Source: an uncultured delta proteobacterium | GTDB lineage: Bacteria; Desulfobacterota; Binatia; UBA9968 | Assembly (NCBI GenBank): GCA_963816145.1 | Contig: CAWFJP010000029.1 | Span: 224,001-288,000, forward strand | DNA length: 64,000 bases | Reading direction: 5' to 3' | Shown: positions 50,053 through 60,501 of the stretch, piece by piece | How the letters are laid out: each line of letters begins with the position of its first letter | Numbering within the stretch: the stretch's first letter is position 1 | Program-made: the position numbers and the translations under genes | The notes under the pieces: generated by a model | Database searches by the model: none | The model's input: the letters and a program-made list of their open reading frames with translations, nothing else | What the model was told of the DNA's origin: nothing

Positions 50053-50272
50053 TATCGGGGATGGTTGAAATCCCTCGCCTTCAGGCGAAGAGAAGGTTGG
50101 TCATGCCGGCGTAGGGCGCCATCTATCTTCTCTTGTGCTGCAAGTCCAGAAAACCTGGATTCCGGCCCCGGATCGAGTCCGGGGCAGGCTCTGCGCCGGA
50201 ATGACGAAAGCAAGAGTCGACTTCCAGTCGACGACATCAGAACCCCTCGGCTAAATACCGAGGGTCATTCAG
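50053..50272. repeat. Composite REP/MITE-like intergenic element
   Basis: gtcatgccggc (50100) ... ctggattccggccccggatcgagtccggggcaggctctgcgccggaatgac (50205); end cctcggctaaataccgagggtcattcag. Confidence 0.6.
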
Positions 50273-50299
50273 TTGAGTTTTCGACCGGTTGTCCAGTGT

Positions 50300-51967
50300 C
50301 TACAAAATGCCCATCACACCTGCATGGCTATGATTGACGATAAACGATTTGAGCGTTTGGATCGTCGCCCGGGGCAACAAGACCGTATCGACGGCACGAT
50401 AGTCGCTGCGCCACTGCTCCGGTGTCACCACACAGCGGACGTAGCCGTGCGAAACCCCGTCAAAGAATTTGATGTGGGAGTTCATAGGGTCCTTTAGAGC
50501 TCCGTAGACGATTGGGAGGAATCCACCAGGGAATTCGGAGGTGATCGAAGTGCCGACGAATTCGCAGCCGACGACCGGTGACTGCGGATCTGCGAAGTCC
50601 GACTTGAGATCGGCAACCCAGCTTGAATGAACATCTCCGGAGAGCACCACCAGGTTGTCGAGTCCTTCACTGGCGACGCTGCCGAGCAAACGATTGCGCG
50701 CCGCGACATAGCCGTCCCAAGCATCGACATTGCGAACTTGCAATCCGGCAAGCCGCGGATCGACGAGCGCTACTCCGGGTCCGAAGTCGACCGCTGCCAT
50801 CATGACCTGTTGCGCGATTACGTTCCAACGGGTCTTAGATTGTCGCAATCCATCGAGCAGCCAATCCTCTTGCGCTGCGCCAGTCATCGAGGCGCGCGGA
50901 TCGATCTCTTCGCCGCAGGCGATGACGATGTCGTCACCCGCCGGCGCAAGTAAATCCTTGGCACCAGCGCAGGGCTGGTCGGTGCGAAACTGCCTGGTGT
51001 CAAGCACGTGAAACCGAGCCAGGCGTCCCCAGTCGAAGCGGCGGAATATAGTGGCCTGAGCGCCGTCCGGCTGAAGTTCCGGCGGCAGCGGCATATGCTC
51101 GAAGTAGGCTTGATAGGCGCGCAACTGCCGCTGGCGAAATTCGCTTTGCGGAATGTTGTTGGTTGGATCGTCGTCGCGGTTATTCTTGGAAATTGCGCCG
51201 GCGTAGTTATCTTCGACTTCGTGGTCGTCCCAACTAACGATGAAGGGGAACAACGCATGAGCAGTCTGGAGATGCTCGTCGCTTTTGTACTGGGCATGGC
51301 GGTTGCGGAAATCGTCGAGAGTCGTGATCTCGGATGCCGGCGTATGCTGCCGAACGCTAATCGAATGAGTCTCCTCTTCGTAAATGTAATCGCCAAGGTG
51401 GACGACGAAATCGATATCTTCCTCGGCGAGCCGTTGCCAGGCATTGAAATAGCCGGCTTCAAAATGTTGGCAGGAAACGAATGCGAAACGGAGCAGACGA
51501 GGCTGGCTGCCGGGAGCTGGAAATGTGCGGGTACGGCCAATCGAACTGAAATCTGAACCGCTCTCAAACTGGTACCAGTACCAGCGATCGGGATCGAGCC
51601 CTTTCACTTCGACGTGGACGGAGTGGGCGTCTTGCGGCAGCGCCATGACTGTACCGCGGCGCACGACATGGTGCATGCGCGCATCGGTCGCCAATCGCCA
51701 TTTAACTTCAATGGGCACCGGCGGCATGGCGCCGCCGTTGAGAGGATCGTTGGCTAGCCGCGTCCAGAGCACTACGCTCTGATGGCTCGGATCGCCGGAG
51801 GCGATGCCGAGCGAAAATGGTACGGAGGCTGGCGCCACGCCGGCGGCGCGATTAGGTAAGAGCCCCGCCGCGAGCGCCAGTGTGCCCAGCGCGCCGCCGC
51901 GCAGGAAGGTTCGCCGACTTAATCGCGAAGAATTCTGCAACAGCGAGTTTAATTGGTCTCGATCCAT
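50300..51967 (-). CDS. phoD: Alkaline phosphatase D, Tat-exported
   Basis: SRRTFL Tat motif, GIASGDP....VVLWTRL, FAFVSC, HLGDYIYE, WDDHEV, LDTRQFR, DAWDGY, SGDVH. Confidence 0.95.
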   Translation of the reverse strand: MDRDQLNSLLQNSSRLSRRTFLRGGALGTLALAAGLLPNRAAGVAPASVPFSLGIASGDPSHQSVVLWTRLANDPLNGGAMPPVPIEVKWRLATDARMHHVVRRGTVMALPQDAHSVHVEVKGLDPDRWYWYQFESGSDFSSIGRTRTFPAPGSQPRLLRFAFVSCQHFEAGYFNAWQRLAEEDIDFVVHLGDYIYEEETHSISVRQHTPASEITTLDDFRNRHAQYKSDEHLQTAHALFPFIVSWDDHEVEDNYAGAISKNNRDDDPTNNIPQSEFRQRQLRAYQAYFEHMPLPPELQPDGAQATIFRRFDWGRLARFHVLDTRQFRTDQPCAGAKDLLAPAGDDIVIACGEEIDPRASMTGAAQEDWLLDGLRQSKTRWNVIAQQVMMAAVDFGPGVALVDPRLAGLQVRNVDAWDGYVAARNRLLGSVASEGLDNLVVLSGDVHSSWVADLKSDFADPQSPVVGCEFVGTSITSEFPGGFLPIVYGALKDPMNSHIKFFDGVSHGYVRCVVTPEQWRSDYRAVDTVLLPRATIQTLKSFIVNHSHAGVMGIL

Positions 51968-52440
51968 GAGTACCTCCGCAAATAAGATTGCTCACGCCTT
52001 GAGACTGTGAAGCGATCGTGTTGCGGTTATGTCATGGCGCTGCGAAGATTCGGTAAAACGGTATGCTATTGATAACGTACGAAGTGGGCGCCGGCGAAGT
52101 TACGGGCGGTTTCCAGCATGGGTAGGAGGCGCCAGTCGGTCTGGGAGATCTTGCGATTAAGAAATACTTCAAGATGGAGAACAGGGCGCGGACAGACTGG
52201 GAGGTATTTCAGGGACCGAATGAGATTTCATTCTATTGAAAGACGTCAAGAATAGTTCTCGCCCTAATTTCAGAAAAAATTTTCTGACGAATTTCGGCCG
52301 TGGTTTCAGCGCGAGTTTTTACCCACTTGTAACAATCTCGCAATCTAAGCCGCATACGTATGCTGTGTTGGTACTGACATCTGGGCTCATAATTACGCTG
52401 GACAAGGTCATTGTCGGTAAGGGAAAAGAGGAAAGAGGCT

Positions 52441-54918
52441 GTGAAAACCACCAACCCGGCCCATGCGGATCTCGAGCGGCGGCTCGAACGTTTGGGGCTC
52501 TCCGGTAAGGAAGGCGAATGGGCCGACCGTTACCTGATGTGCGATCATTTGCTGGATCCACTGGTGGCCCGGCCACGCCAGCGTTTTGAAGCAGTAGCGC
52601 GGTTCATTCGTGATTTGCTGTCGCACCGCTGGGTCAAGACGCGGCGCGCGCGTGAAGAGGCCAACCCCAAGCGGATTTACTATCTATCGATGGAGTATCT
52701 CATCGGTCGCACGCTCAACAACAACATCATGAATCTCGGTGCCGATCCGGTGGTCCAGAACGCGATGGAGCGTGAAGGGTGGAACTTGCCCGAGCTTTTG
52801 GACGAGGAGCCGGATGCCGGCCTGGGCAATGGCGGTCTTGGGAGATTGGCCGCTTGCTTCATCGATTCGTTGGCGACGCTGCAGTATTCCGCGATCGGCT
52901 ACGGCTTACGCTATGAGTACGGGATTTTTCGCCAGTTGATTCGCGAAGGGTATCAGGTCGAACAGCCAGACAACTGGCTGAGAAGTCCGGACCCGTGGGA
53001 AGTTGCGCGTCCGGCGATAATCTATCCGGTCCCGCTTCACGGCAGATTCGAGCTTAAGGGTTCAGCTGTAACCATCATTCCCAACCGTCCGTCGACGCTT
53101 TTGGGAATTGCCTACGACCGGCCCGTCGCGGGTTACGGCGCCCATTGCGTCAACACCTTGCGTTTGTGGGCTGCCGCTGCCCCGGAATCTTTTGATTTTG
53201 CCGAGTTCTCCCATGGCGACTTCGTCGGCGCCGTCATACGCAACGTTGCCGCCGAGTCCGTCACCCGCGTGCTCTATCCTGACGACTCCACTGAAGCCGG
53301 CCGGACACTGCGCTTTTTGCAGCAGTATTTTATGGTGAGCTGCTCACTCCAGGATATCGTGCATCGCTTTGCACAAACCAATGGTTCTGACTGGCAGGCT
53401 TTTCCCGATCACGTGGCAATCCAGCTAAACGATACTCACCCAGCAATCGCCGTCGCTGAATTGATGCGCATCCTCTTGGACCGCGCCTGCCTCAGCTGGG
53501 AGCAAGCTTGGGATGTCACTGTCCGCACGCTCGCTTACACCAATCACACCTTACTTCCCGAAGCCTTGGAAACCTGGTCGGTCGAGCTCTTCGAGCGGCT
53601 CGTGCCGCGTCATCTGGAAATTATTTATGAGGTCAACCGGCGCTTCCTCGACGAGGTGCGTCGCGCCCATCCGGAGGACGAGGAGCGAATCCGGCGCATG
53701 AGCATCATCGAGGAAACGCCAGTGCGAAGAGTCCGGATGGCCCACCTTGCGGTGGTCGGTACCCATAGCACAAACGGGGTTGCGGAAATTCATACTAGCC
53801 TGCTGCGCACCCATTTGTTGCGCGAGTTCGCCGAATGGTTTCCGGAGCGCTTCAACAACAAGACTAACGGTGTCACGCCGCGTCGATGGTTGCTGATGGC
53901 GAATCCGGCATTGGCCGAGTTGATCAGCGAATCCATCGGCGATGCCTGGATCGCTGATTTTAGCCATATCGCCGAGCTCAAACCGCTAGCCGGCGATGCG
54001 TCTTTCCGCGAACGTTTTCGCTTGGCCAAGCGCAACACTAAAAGCCGGTTTACGGACTGGCTAAAATCCACGACCGGTCAAGTCGTTGATCCCGACGGCA
54101 TCTTCGACTGTCAGATCAAGCGCATTCACGAATACAAACGCCAGCTGCTCAATGTTTTGCATATCGTGGTGCTGTACAACCGCCTGCGCCGCAATCCTGA
54201 TTCAGAGTTCACGCCGCGCACTTTCTTTTTCGCCGGCAAGGCCGCTGCCGCCTATTATCTGGCCAAGTTGATTATCAAATTGATTAACAGCGTTGCTGAC
54301 ACCGTGAATCGCGAGCCGGCAACTCGAGGGCGACTCCAGGTCGTCTTTCTGCCGGATTACAACGTCACTCTGGCCGAGCGGTTGATTCCGGCGACCGATG
54401 TCTCGGAGCAGATCTCCACTGCCGGGTACGAAGCGAGCGGCACCAGCAACATGAAGTTGATGATGAACGGCGCGCTGACAGTTGGCACGCGCGACGGCGC
54501 CACGATTGAAATGGCCACCGCAGCCGGCGAGGAAAACTTTTTTCTGTTCGGCTTGACGGCCGAGCAGGTCGCCGAAAGCCGCGGCTGGTACGACCCGTAC
54601 TGGCACTACTGGAACGAACCCGAAACGCGCGAAGCCCTCGATCTGATTTTTAATGATCACTTCAGCCGTTTGGAGCCGGGAGTATTCGCGCCGATACGTG
54701 AAACGTTGTTGACCGGCGGCGATTTCTATATGCATCTCGCTGATCTCAATTCCTACCTGACAACTCAAGCGCAAGTATCAGCGCTCTACGGGGACCCGGA
54801 CGCCTGGGCCCACAAGGCGATCATCAACGTCGCGTGCTCAGGGCGCTTCTCAAGCGATCGGACGATTGCGGAGTACGCCGCTGAGATCTGGAAGGCCAAG
54901 CCTTGTCCTGTGCGATGA
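52441..54918 (+). CDS. glgP: Glycogen/maltodextrin phosphorylase
   Basis: DAGLGNGGLGRLAAC, QLNDTHP, QIKRIHEYKRQ, EASGTSNMK; probable GTG start at 52441; TTTAC/GTAAC/GCAAT repeats at 52318/52329/52340. Confidence 0.96.
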   Translation: MKTTNPAHADLERRLERLGLSGKEGEWADRYLMCDHLLDPLVARPRQRFEAVARFIRDLLSHRWVKTRRAREEANPKRIYYLSMEYLIGRTLNNNIMNLGADPVVQNAMEREGWNLPELLDEEPDAGLGNGGLGRLAACFIDSLATLQYSAIGYGLRYEYGIFRQLIREGYQVEQPDNWLRSPDPWEVARPAIIYPVPLHGRFELKGSAVTIIPNRPSTLLGIAYDRPVAGYGAHCVNTLRLWAAAAPESFDFAEFSHGDFVGAVIRNVAAESVTRVLYPDDSTEAGRTLRFLQQYFMVSCSLQDIVHRFAQTNGSDWQAFPDHVAIQLNDTHPAIAVAELMRILLDRACLSWEQAWDVTVRTLAYTNHTLLPEALETWSVELFERLVPRHLEIIYEVNRRFLDEVRRAHPEDEERIRRMSIIEETPVRRVRMAHLAVVGTHSTNGVAEIHTSLLRTHLLREFAEWFPERFNNKTNGVTPRRWLLMANPALAELISESIGDAWIADFSHIAELKPLAGDASFRERFRLAKRNTKSRFTDWLKSTTGQVVDPDGIFDCQIKRIHEYKRQLLNVLHIVVLYNRLRRNPDSEFTPRTFFFAGKAAAAYYLAKLIIKLINSVADTVNREPATRGRLQVVFLPDYNVTLAERLIPATDVSEQISTAGYEASGTSNMKLMMNGALTVGTRDGATIEMATAAGEENFFLFGLTAEQVAESRGWYDPYWHYWNEPETREALDLIFNDHFSRLEPGVFAPIRETLLTGGDFYMHLADLNSYLTTQAQVSALYGDPDAWAHKAIINVACSGRFSSDRTIAEYAAEIWKAKPCPVR

Positions 54919-56057
54919 TGGTGATGACGCCCAACACGAAAAGTTTTAACCATGACGAGGCCTCTGCGAGCAATGATTTCTTGGCACCGCATAAACACCC
55001 GGTTGGCGTTGCCGCCGGGGTCGAACTGCAGGACCTCGCGCGCCGGCCCACGCGCAAGGGCTCGGTTGTGGTCAACTGTATCGACTACGACCTGGATAAT
55101 CTTTTGGTTCAAGAGGTCAAGGATTTTCCTGACTTCATCGAACAACACCGGCCCGCGTGGTCCAAGGTGCGCTGGATCAACCTGCGCGGGCTCGGCGACA
55201 TGCATGTCATCCACGCACTAGCGGAGAAATACCAGCTGCATCCACTCGCCATCGAAGACCTTCTGGCGGGGCAGCAGCGCTCCAAAGTCGACGATTACCC
55301 CGGTTCCGGCGAGCACCCCGGTCGGCTTTTCGTGGTCGCCAAAGTGGTTCGGGCCACCCGCCAGCGGGTCGCCGCCCGGCAGGTGAGTTTTTTTCTCGGG
55401 CGCAATACCCTGGTCACCTTCCAAGACTCCGCCCAAGACATTTTCGACTCCGTGCGCCGGCGCATCGAAACGAAGGGATCGCGCCTGCGCAGCAACGACG
55501 TGAGTTTTCTTTTATATGTCCTGCTTGACAGTATCGTCGATGAATTCTATCCGCTTCTGGAAGAGTTTGCCGGACGGATCGAGCGGATCGAGCAAAACGT
55601 CCTAACTGCGCCAAACCGTGACACGCTCGAAAGAATCCATCGTATGAAGCGCGATTTGCTCATGATCCGCCGCATCGCTTGGCCCATGCGGGAGCTCATT
55701 CGCGAGTTGACTCGGGATCATCACGAGTGTCTTTCCACCGAAGCTACAACCTATCTGCGCGACGTTTACGATCACATGCTGGTCATCTTTGAACTGGTGC
55801 AGTCCTATCATGATTTTGTCTCGACTCTGACCGAAACTTACATGTCGACGATTTCCAATCGCATGAATGAAATCATGAAGACCCTGACCATCATCAGCAC
55901 GATCTTTGTGCCGCTGACGTTCCTCGCCGGGGTGTATGGAATGAACATGCCGATCCCCGAAAACCAATTCGCCTGGAGCTATCCTCTGTTCTGGCTCATT
56001 GCTGTGGTCGTCAGTGTCGGGATGATCCGTTGGTTCAAAACCAAAGGGTGGTTTTAA
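54915..56057 (+). CDS. corA: Magnesium/cobalt transporter CorA
   Basis: [40 protein letters not shown]; ATGA overlap with glgP. Confidence 0.94.
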   Translation: MMVMTPNTKSFNHDEASASNDFLAPHKHPVGVAAGVELQDLARRPTRKGSVVVNCIDYDLDNLLVQEVKDFPDFIEQHRPAWSKVRWINLRGLGDMHVIHALAEKYQLHPLAIEDLLAGQQRSKVDDYPGSGEHPGRLFVVAKVVRATRQRVAARQVSFFLGRNTLVTFQDSAQDIFDSVRRRIETKGSRLRSNDVSFLLYVLLDSIVDEFYPLLEEFAGRIERIEQNVLTAPNRDTLERIHRMKRDLLMIRRIAWPMRELIRELTRDHHECLSTEATTYLRDVYDHMLVIFELVQSYHDFVSTLTETYMSTISNRMNEIMKTLTIISTIFVPLTFLAGVYGMNMPIPENQFAWSYPLFWLIAVVVSVGMIRWFKTKGWF

Positions 56058-56112
56058 GGCGACGGCGGGGGGGGGTAACCATAATCGGTCGCCCCCGTCG
56101 GAAAGCGGGCGA

Positions 56113-56290
56113 CTGTTTGAATCCCATACAATTGGCGTAGTAAGTGACCGTTACCAGCCAGTCGGAGAAGATGCCGAGAACTCCGACGTCACGGGCGAGC
56201 ACGTCGAGGAGTTCGTAAGTATCCTCGGATTTGTTGATGACCGTGCTGGTCTGGAAGTATTACCCGCCGTCATCGGTCAAAATTCCGAAT
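56113..56290 (-). pseudogene. Remnant of glycerophosphodiester phosphodiesterase C-terminus
   Basis: Translates [56 protein letters not shown]. Confidence 0.65.
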
Positions 56291-56299
56291 GGTTGGAAA

Positions 56300-56836
56300 T
56301 TACCGCTCAAAGTACGCGCCACAGAAGTAGTAGACGGTTTCCAGGACGGGGAGCAGATACCAGTCGTCATGGGGAAATCGCATGAGCAGAAAAAAACCCC
56401 AGATCGAGAGCAGCGCACCAACGTATTGCGGGTGGTCAACTATTGAAAAAGGGAATTTGTGATTCCACGGGACTTGGTAGCCAAAGCGATTACCGTAAAA
56501 CACGCCGATGGTGCCAAGACGATAAAACACGGAGAAATTCAGTCCTTGGCCAATGGCGATCAAAGCGCAACCGACGAAGTTGGCAAAGGCAGTGCCCGCC
56601 ATCGGTGCTAATGTCCCATCGCCAAAGATGTAGCACCAACCTAGGAACACGGCGCCCTGGATCACTTTAAAACCGTAGAAAAGATGGCGTAGGACATGCA
56701 CGGGCGCGCGCAAGTCGTCGAATGCGGATTCGCCGCACCGATTTTGAAACTTCTCAGGTGCGTGCCAAATCCACAAATACGTTATGCGCTCAAGGCTGAG
56801 CAGTGCGGCCGCGCATAGAAATACCCATAGATTCAC
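56300..56836 (-). CDS. PEMT-family phospholipid N-methyltransferase-like membrane protein
   Basis: GQGLNFSVFYRLG..GVFYG.RFG..VPW...FPFS..DHPQYVG; probable GTG start at 56836. Confidence 0.8.
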   Translation of the reverse strand: MNLWVFLCAAALLSLERITYLWIWHAPEKFQNRCGESAFDDLRAPVHVLRHLFYGFKVIQGAVFLGWCYIFGDGTLAPMAGTAFANFVGCALIAIGQGLNFSVFYRLGTIGVFYGNRFGYQVPWNHKFPFSIVDHPQYVGALLSIWGFFLLMRFPHDDWYLLPVLETVYYFCGAYFER

Positions 56837-56868
56837 AGGAACCCGGTAACTTGTGATGTCTCGCGATG

Positions 56869-59124
56869 CTAAGCGCGCTCCGGCCAACGCGGGAAGTACG
56901 CGACGATGTCGGTCAGCGGATCGGTGATCAGCTTGATAAACCAGATCATCGACGTGCGAAAATCATGCTTGAAAAACAGATAGAGCACGCGGCCGAACAC
57001 CACCGATAAGGTCCAGAAAAACCAGTGCAGCGCGATCGGTGCAATCAGCGCCGTGGTCCAACTGCCGGCCTGGAAGTAGTGGATCACCGGGATCAAAATA
57101 TAGCCAAGCACGATCAGGGTTTTGTTGCGCGTGTTGTAGCCCAGGAGTAATGCTTCTTTGTCGTGACAGGGCGGTTCCAGCACCGCATGGCCGAACTGGC
57201 GCACGACCAACGACGCTAGTCCCAAACACATCGCGGTGGTCAGATCGAAGAACGCCAAGATGTAGCAATAAATAAATACCGACGAGCTCAGCAGGTGGAA
57301 AAACTGGTTGATGCCGTTGCTGTGCGAGGCATGATGGTCATCTTTTTTGCGCTGCATCACTTCGGCATAAAAGGTTTGCAGCGGTTTGGGCGGCTGCACC
57401 AGACTACCGAGCAATTCCCGAATCAATTGTGTTTTCATAGCTTTCTCCCTATTTGGATGTTGTTCGGCCGTTAGCCACCAAGCGTCGTCCTTCATCGAGC
57501 GCGCCGCGGTCACCAGCTTGTGCTGCAATTCTCGATAATCTTCCGCAGTAAAGTCCATGCTGCTCAAACAGCGCCCGGTGCCGACCCAACTTAATGTGAC
57601 CCCCTCGGCGCGCAGATAGTATTGCAAGAGCCAGTTGAAGCGGCTCGGTTCCTTGAACAGCACGGTCCATACCGTGCCGAGGTTCATCACCCGGATCGGT
57701 AGCGAGCCATCGGCGAGCTGCCGATTGGTCGAACGAACCCAGTCGTCGCAGCGCTGGTTCGATTCTTGGTATAAGATCGCCGTGCTCGGCGTTTCGACCC
57801 AGTGGAGAAATTGATTCATCGACCCCATCACGGCAGGGTGGCCGGAGAAGGTGCCGACGACGTAGGCGATGCGCATAGGATGCTGCGGGTCGAAACGACG
57901 CATGAGCTCGGACTTGCCGCAAACCGCGCCGATCGGCAGACCGCCGGCAACGGTTTTGCCGTAAACCACCATGTCTGCTTGAATGCCGTAGAACTCCTGC
58001 GCTCCTCCCGGAGCAAGACGGAAGCCGGTGTAAACTTCATCGAAGATGAGCGGCACGCCGCATTCCCTGCAAACCGCGCGGAGCCGGCGCAGCCAATCGG
58101 CGTAGCGCGCGGTGGTATCCTCGGTCTTACGCACATTGCTGGTGAGCAACACCGCGTCGTTGGGCGGCGGCGAGTTGGGATGAAACGATTGTACCGGATT
58201 GACCAGGACCGCGGCGATCTCCTTGGCTCGGCGGCGAATCACCGCGAGGGATTCCGGCTGCATATCTTTCAAAGTGAGACAATCGTCGAGCGACCGCTCG
58301 CTGCCAAGGCCCGGTTGCACGCCGTCCCACCAGCCATGATAGGCGCCGGAGAAACAGACGATTAAATTTCGCTTGGTATTGAAACGCGCCATGCGCACCG
58401 CCGCCATCACCGCTTCGGTGCCGCTCATGTGAAACGACACTTCGTCCTGGCCCGAGATGCGCTTTAGGACGGCAATGTTGTCGGCGACAATCGGATGGAG
58501 CGGCCCCAAAACCGGCCCGAGATCCTTGACCTGATCCCAGCCGCGTTGGATCCATTCTTTATAGCGGTCGAAGCCGGCGACGTTGACACCATAGGAACCG
58601 CTGACATCGATGGTCCAGTGACCGTCGAGATTTTGCAGCCTTGGGCCGCGCGATGCGGTCACTACTGAGCAGAGATTGAATTTTTCGCGCATCACACGCA
58701 CGAACGGAAACGGCACGCGATTGGCGTCGGTGAAGCGGAGATCGGAAAAACTTTCGCGTATGGAATTCGCCCAAGCGATCGACTGGGCCTGTTGGCTGTT
58801 GAGCAACTGCGACAAGCGTTGCAGCGCCTTTTGGCGGATTTCAGCCCAGGTTTCCGGCGCGCCGTCAGCGCGCAAAAACTGTGCTTCGGTGTAATCGCTG
58901 GATTTTACCCAATTGGACAGCTTTCTCGACAGCGCCGGCATGAGTGCCACGGCGCGTAAGGTCATCACCGTGACTAGAAGTCGACGAGCAGCGTAGATGC
59001 ACAGGAGCAATCCGGCCAAGGCCGCGAGCAACGCGAGTCCGCTGGATGCATCAAACCCGCAGCGCGCCGCACTCGACTGGTTTAAGCAAGCCGTTAGACT
59101 TTGAAAGATGTCTGTAACTTCCAT
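56869..59124 (-). CDS. Class III PLP aminotransferase (GSA-aminomutase-like) fused to a C-terminal Mpo1/DUF962-like membrane domain
   Basis: SGTEAVMAA, FSGAYHG, LIFDEVYTGFR, YGKTVAGG (PLP Lys), GTFSG; C-terminal SHSNGINQFFH, RQFGHAVLE with TM helices; N-terminal TM. Confidence 0.82.
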   Translation of the reverse strand: MEVTDIFQSLTACLNQSSAARCGFDASSGLALLAALAGLLLCIYAARRLLVTVMTLRAVALMPALSRKLSNWVKSSDYTEAQFLRADGAPETWAEIRQKALQRLSQLLNSQQAQSIAWANSIRESFSDLRFTDANRVPFPFVRVMREKFNLCSVVTASRGPRLQNLDGHWTIDVSGSYGVNVAGFDRYKEWIQRGWDQVKDLGPVLGPLHPIVADNIAVLKRISGQDEVSFHMSGTEAVMAAVRMARFNTKRNLIVCFSGAYHGWWDGVQPGLGSERSLDDCLTLKDMQPESLAVIRRRAKEIAAVLVNPVQSFHPNSPPPNDAVLLTSNVRKTEDTTARYADWLRRLRAVCRECGVPLIFDEVYTGFRLAPGGAQEFYGIQADMVVYGKTVAGGLPIGAVCGKSELMRRFDPQHPMRIAYVVGTFSGHPAVMGSMNQFLHWVETPSTAILYQESNQRCDDWVRSTNRQLADGSLPIRVMNLGTVWTVLFKEPSRFNWLLQYYLRAEGVTLSWVGTGRCLSSMDFTAEDYRELQHKLVTAARSMKDDAWWLTAEQHPNREKAMKTQLIRELLGSLVQPPKPLQTFYAEVMQRKKDDHHASHSNGINQFFHLLSSSVFIYCYILAFFDLTTAMCLGLASLVVRQFGHAVLEPPCHDKEALLLGYNTRNKTLIVLGYILIPVIHYFQAGSWTTALIAPIALHWFFWTLSVVFGRVLYLFFKHDFRTSMIWFIKLITDPLTDIVAYFPRWPERA

Positions 59125-59177
59125 CTAGAAGTACCTCCCTCCGAAAGATCGTATTTATGGTCAATTCAAGTTCGTCG

Positions 59178-60434
59178 TCACGCGAGTGTCACCTCAATAG
59201 TCGGCGATGAAAGTTCATCGTCGGCCGTCGTCAGTCGAACCTTGTTCTCAAGCAGCGTGCCGAATAGCCGGGCGATGCGCTGCCAATCGAGGGATGCGGC
59301 GTGGGCGCGGGCAGCTCGACGCAGCGCCGGTAAATATTGGGCCGCATCGGCGATCGCTACTGCGGCTTCGATAAAATCATTTCGATTGCCGAAGGGCACT
59401 AATAGACCACTGGAACCATGGCGAATGTGACGATGTGCCGCCGCGTAATCATAAGCGACTACGGCCAATCCGCTCGCCATCGCCTCCAGGGTTACGTTGC
59501 CAAAGGTCTCGGTCTCGCTGGGAAACAAGAAAATATCGGCGGACGCGTAATATCGAGCTAAATCGTCGCCGGTCTGCACACCGACAAACACCAGATCAGG
59601 GTGCTGCGCTTGAAGCGTCGCGCGCTGCGGCCCGTCGCCCACCAACATGAATCGGGCCACCTTGCCGCACTGTTGCATGGCCCGATAAGCGTCGATGGCC
59701 AGGTCTAAGTTCTTCTCTGGCGCCAGCCGGCCGACGTGCAGGACGATGAGTTCATCGTGCGACACGCCCCAGCTCTGGCGCAGCGCCGGGCTGCGGTGTT
59801 CTGGGGAAAAACGCCGGCTGTCGACCCCGCGGCCGAGAATGCTAATATTTTTAACCCCGATGGTTTGTAATTCATTCCTGAGATCGGCGCAGGCAACGAT
59901 CGTTCCCATGGTTTGATTGTGAAACCAGCGCAGGTAGCGCAGGATCGCCGGCTTTAACCAGGCGGCGCGATAATACTGTAAATAACTGTGAAAGTTGGTG
60001 TGAAAACCACTAAACACCGGGATGCCCAAGCCGGTGGCCACGCGCACGGCGGATAAGCCCAAGGGCCCTTCAGTCGCGACGTAGACGACATCGGGTCGCT
60101 GCTCGCACCAGCGCCGGCGCAGCGTGCGCCGCGCCGGCAAGCCAACGCGCAAACCTTTATACCCCGGCAATGGCAGGCTGCGTAGCAGCGTGCCTTTGGA
60201 ATTCACATGACGGCCGGCGTCGTCAAAATATTTTTGCCGCGGCCGCACTAGCGAAACCGCGTAACCTTGGTTACGTAGTCCTTCGCTCAGGTGGGCTAAC
60301 GTGAATGCCACACCATTAACTTCGGGTGGGTAGGTTTCGGTGACGATACAAATATGGCGCGGCTGGGCTTCATTGCTTTGGGACCTGGTGAGCGCTTTCA
60401 TTCGTATCATCGCCCTTTCTTTTACAACCGTCAC
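59178..60434 (-). CDS. GT4 glycosyltransferase; true start may be about 60410
   Basis: VTETYPPEVNGVA, VATEGPLG, FHTNF, GRGVD, VGRLAPEKN, FPSETETFGNVTLEAMASG. Confidence 0.93.
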   Translation of the reverse strand: MTVVKERAMIRMKALTRSQSNEAQPRHICIVTETYPPEVNGVAFTLAHLSEGLRNQGYAVSLVRPRQKYFDDAGRHVNSKGTLLRSLPLPGYKGLRVGLPARRTLRRRWCEQRPDVVYVATEGPLGLSAVRVATGLGIPVFSGFHTNFHSYLQYYRAAWLKPAILRYLRWFHNQTMGTIVACADLRNELQTIGVKNISILGRGVDSRRFSPEHRSPALRQSWGVSHDELIVLHVGRLAPEKNLDLAIDAYRAMQQCGKVARFMLVGDGPQRATLQAQHPDLVFVGVQTGDDLARYYASADIFLFPSETETFGNVTLEAMASGLAVVAYDYAAAHRHIRHGSSGLLVPFGNRNDFIEAAVAIADAAQYLPALRRAARAHAASLDWQRIARLFGTLLENKVRLTTADDELSSPTIEVTLA

Positions 60435-60501
60435 TTCAGCTATCGGCCGCGAACTAGAGTGAGGAAAAGCATTAATTACCGCTCGACCTTAGCCGTGCAT
60501 T

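Noticed and set aside
56869-59124. hemL call
   Set aside because: Much longer than HemL, with membrane domains at both ends and no tetrapyrrole genes nearby.
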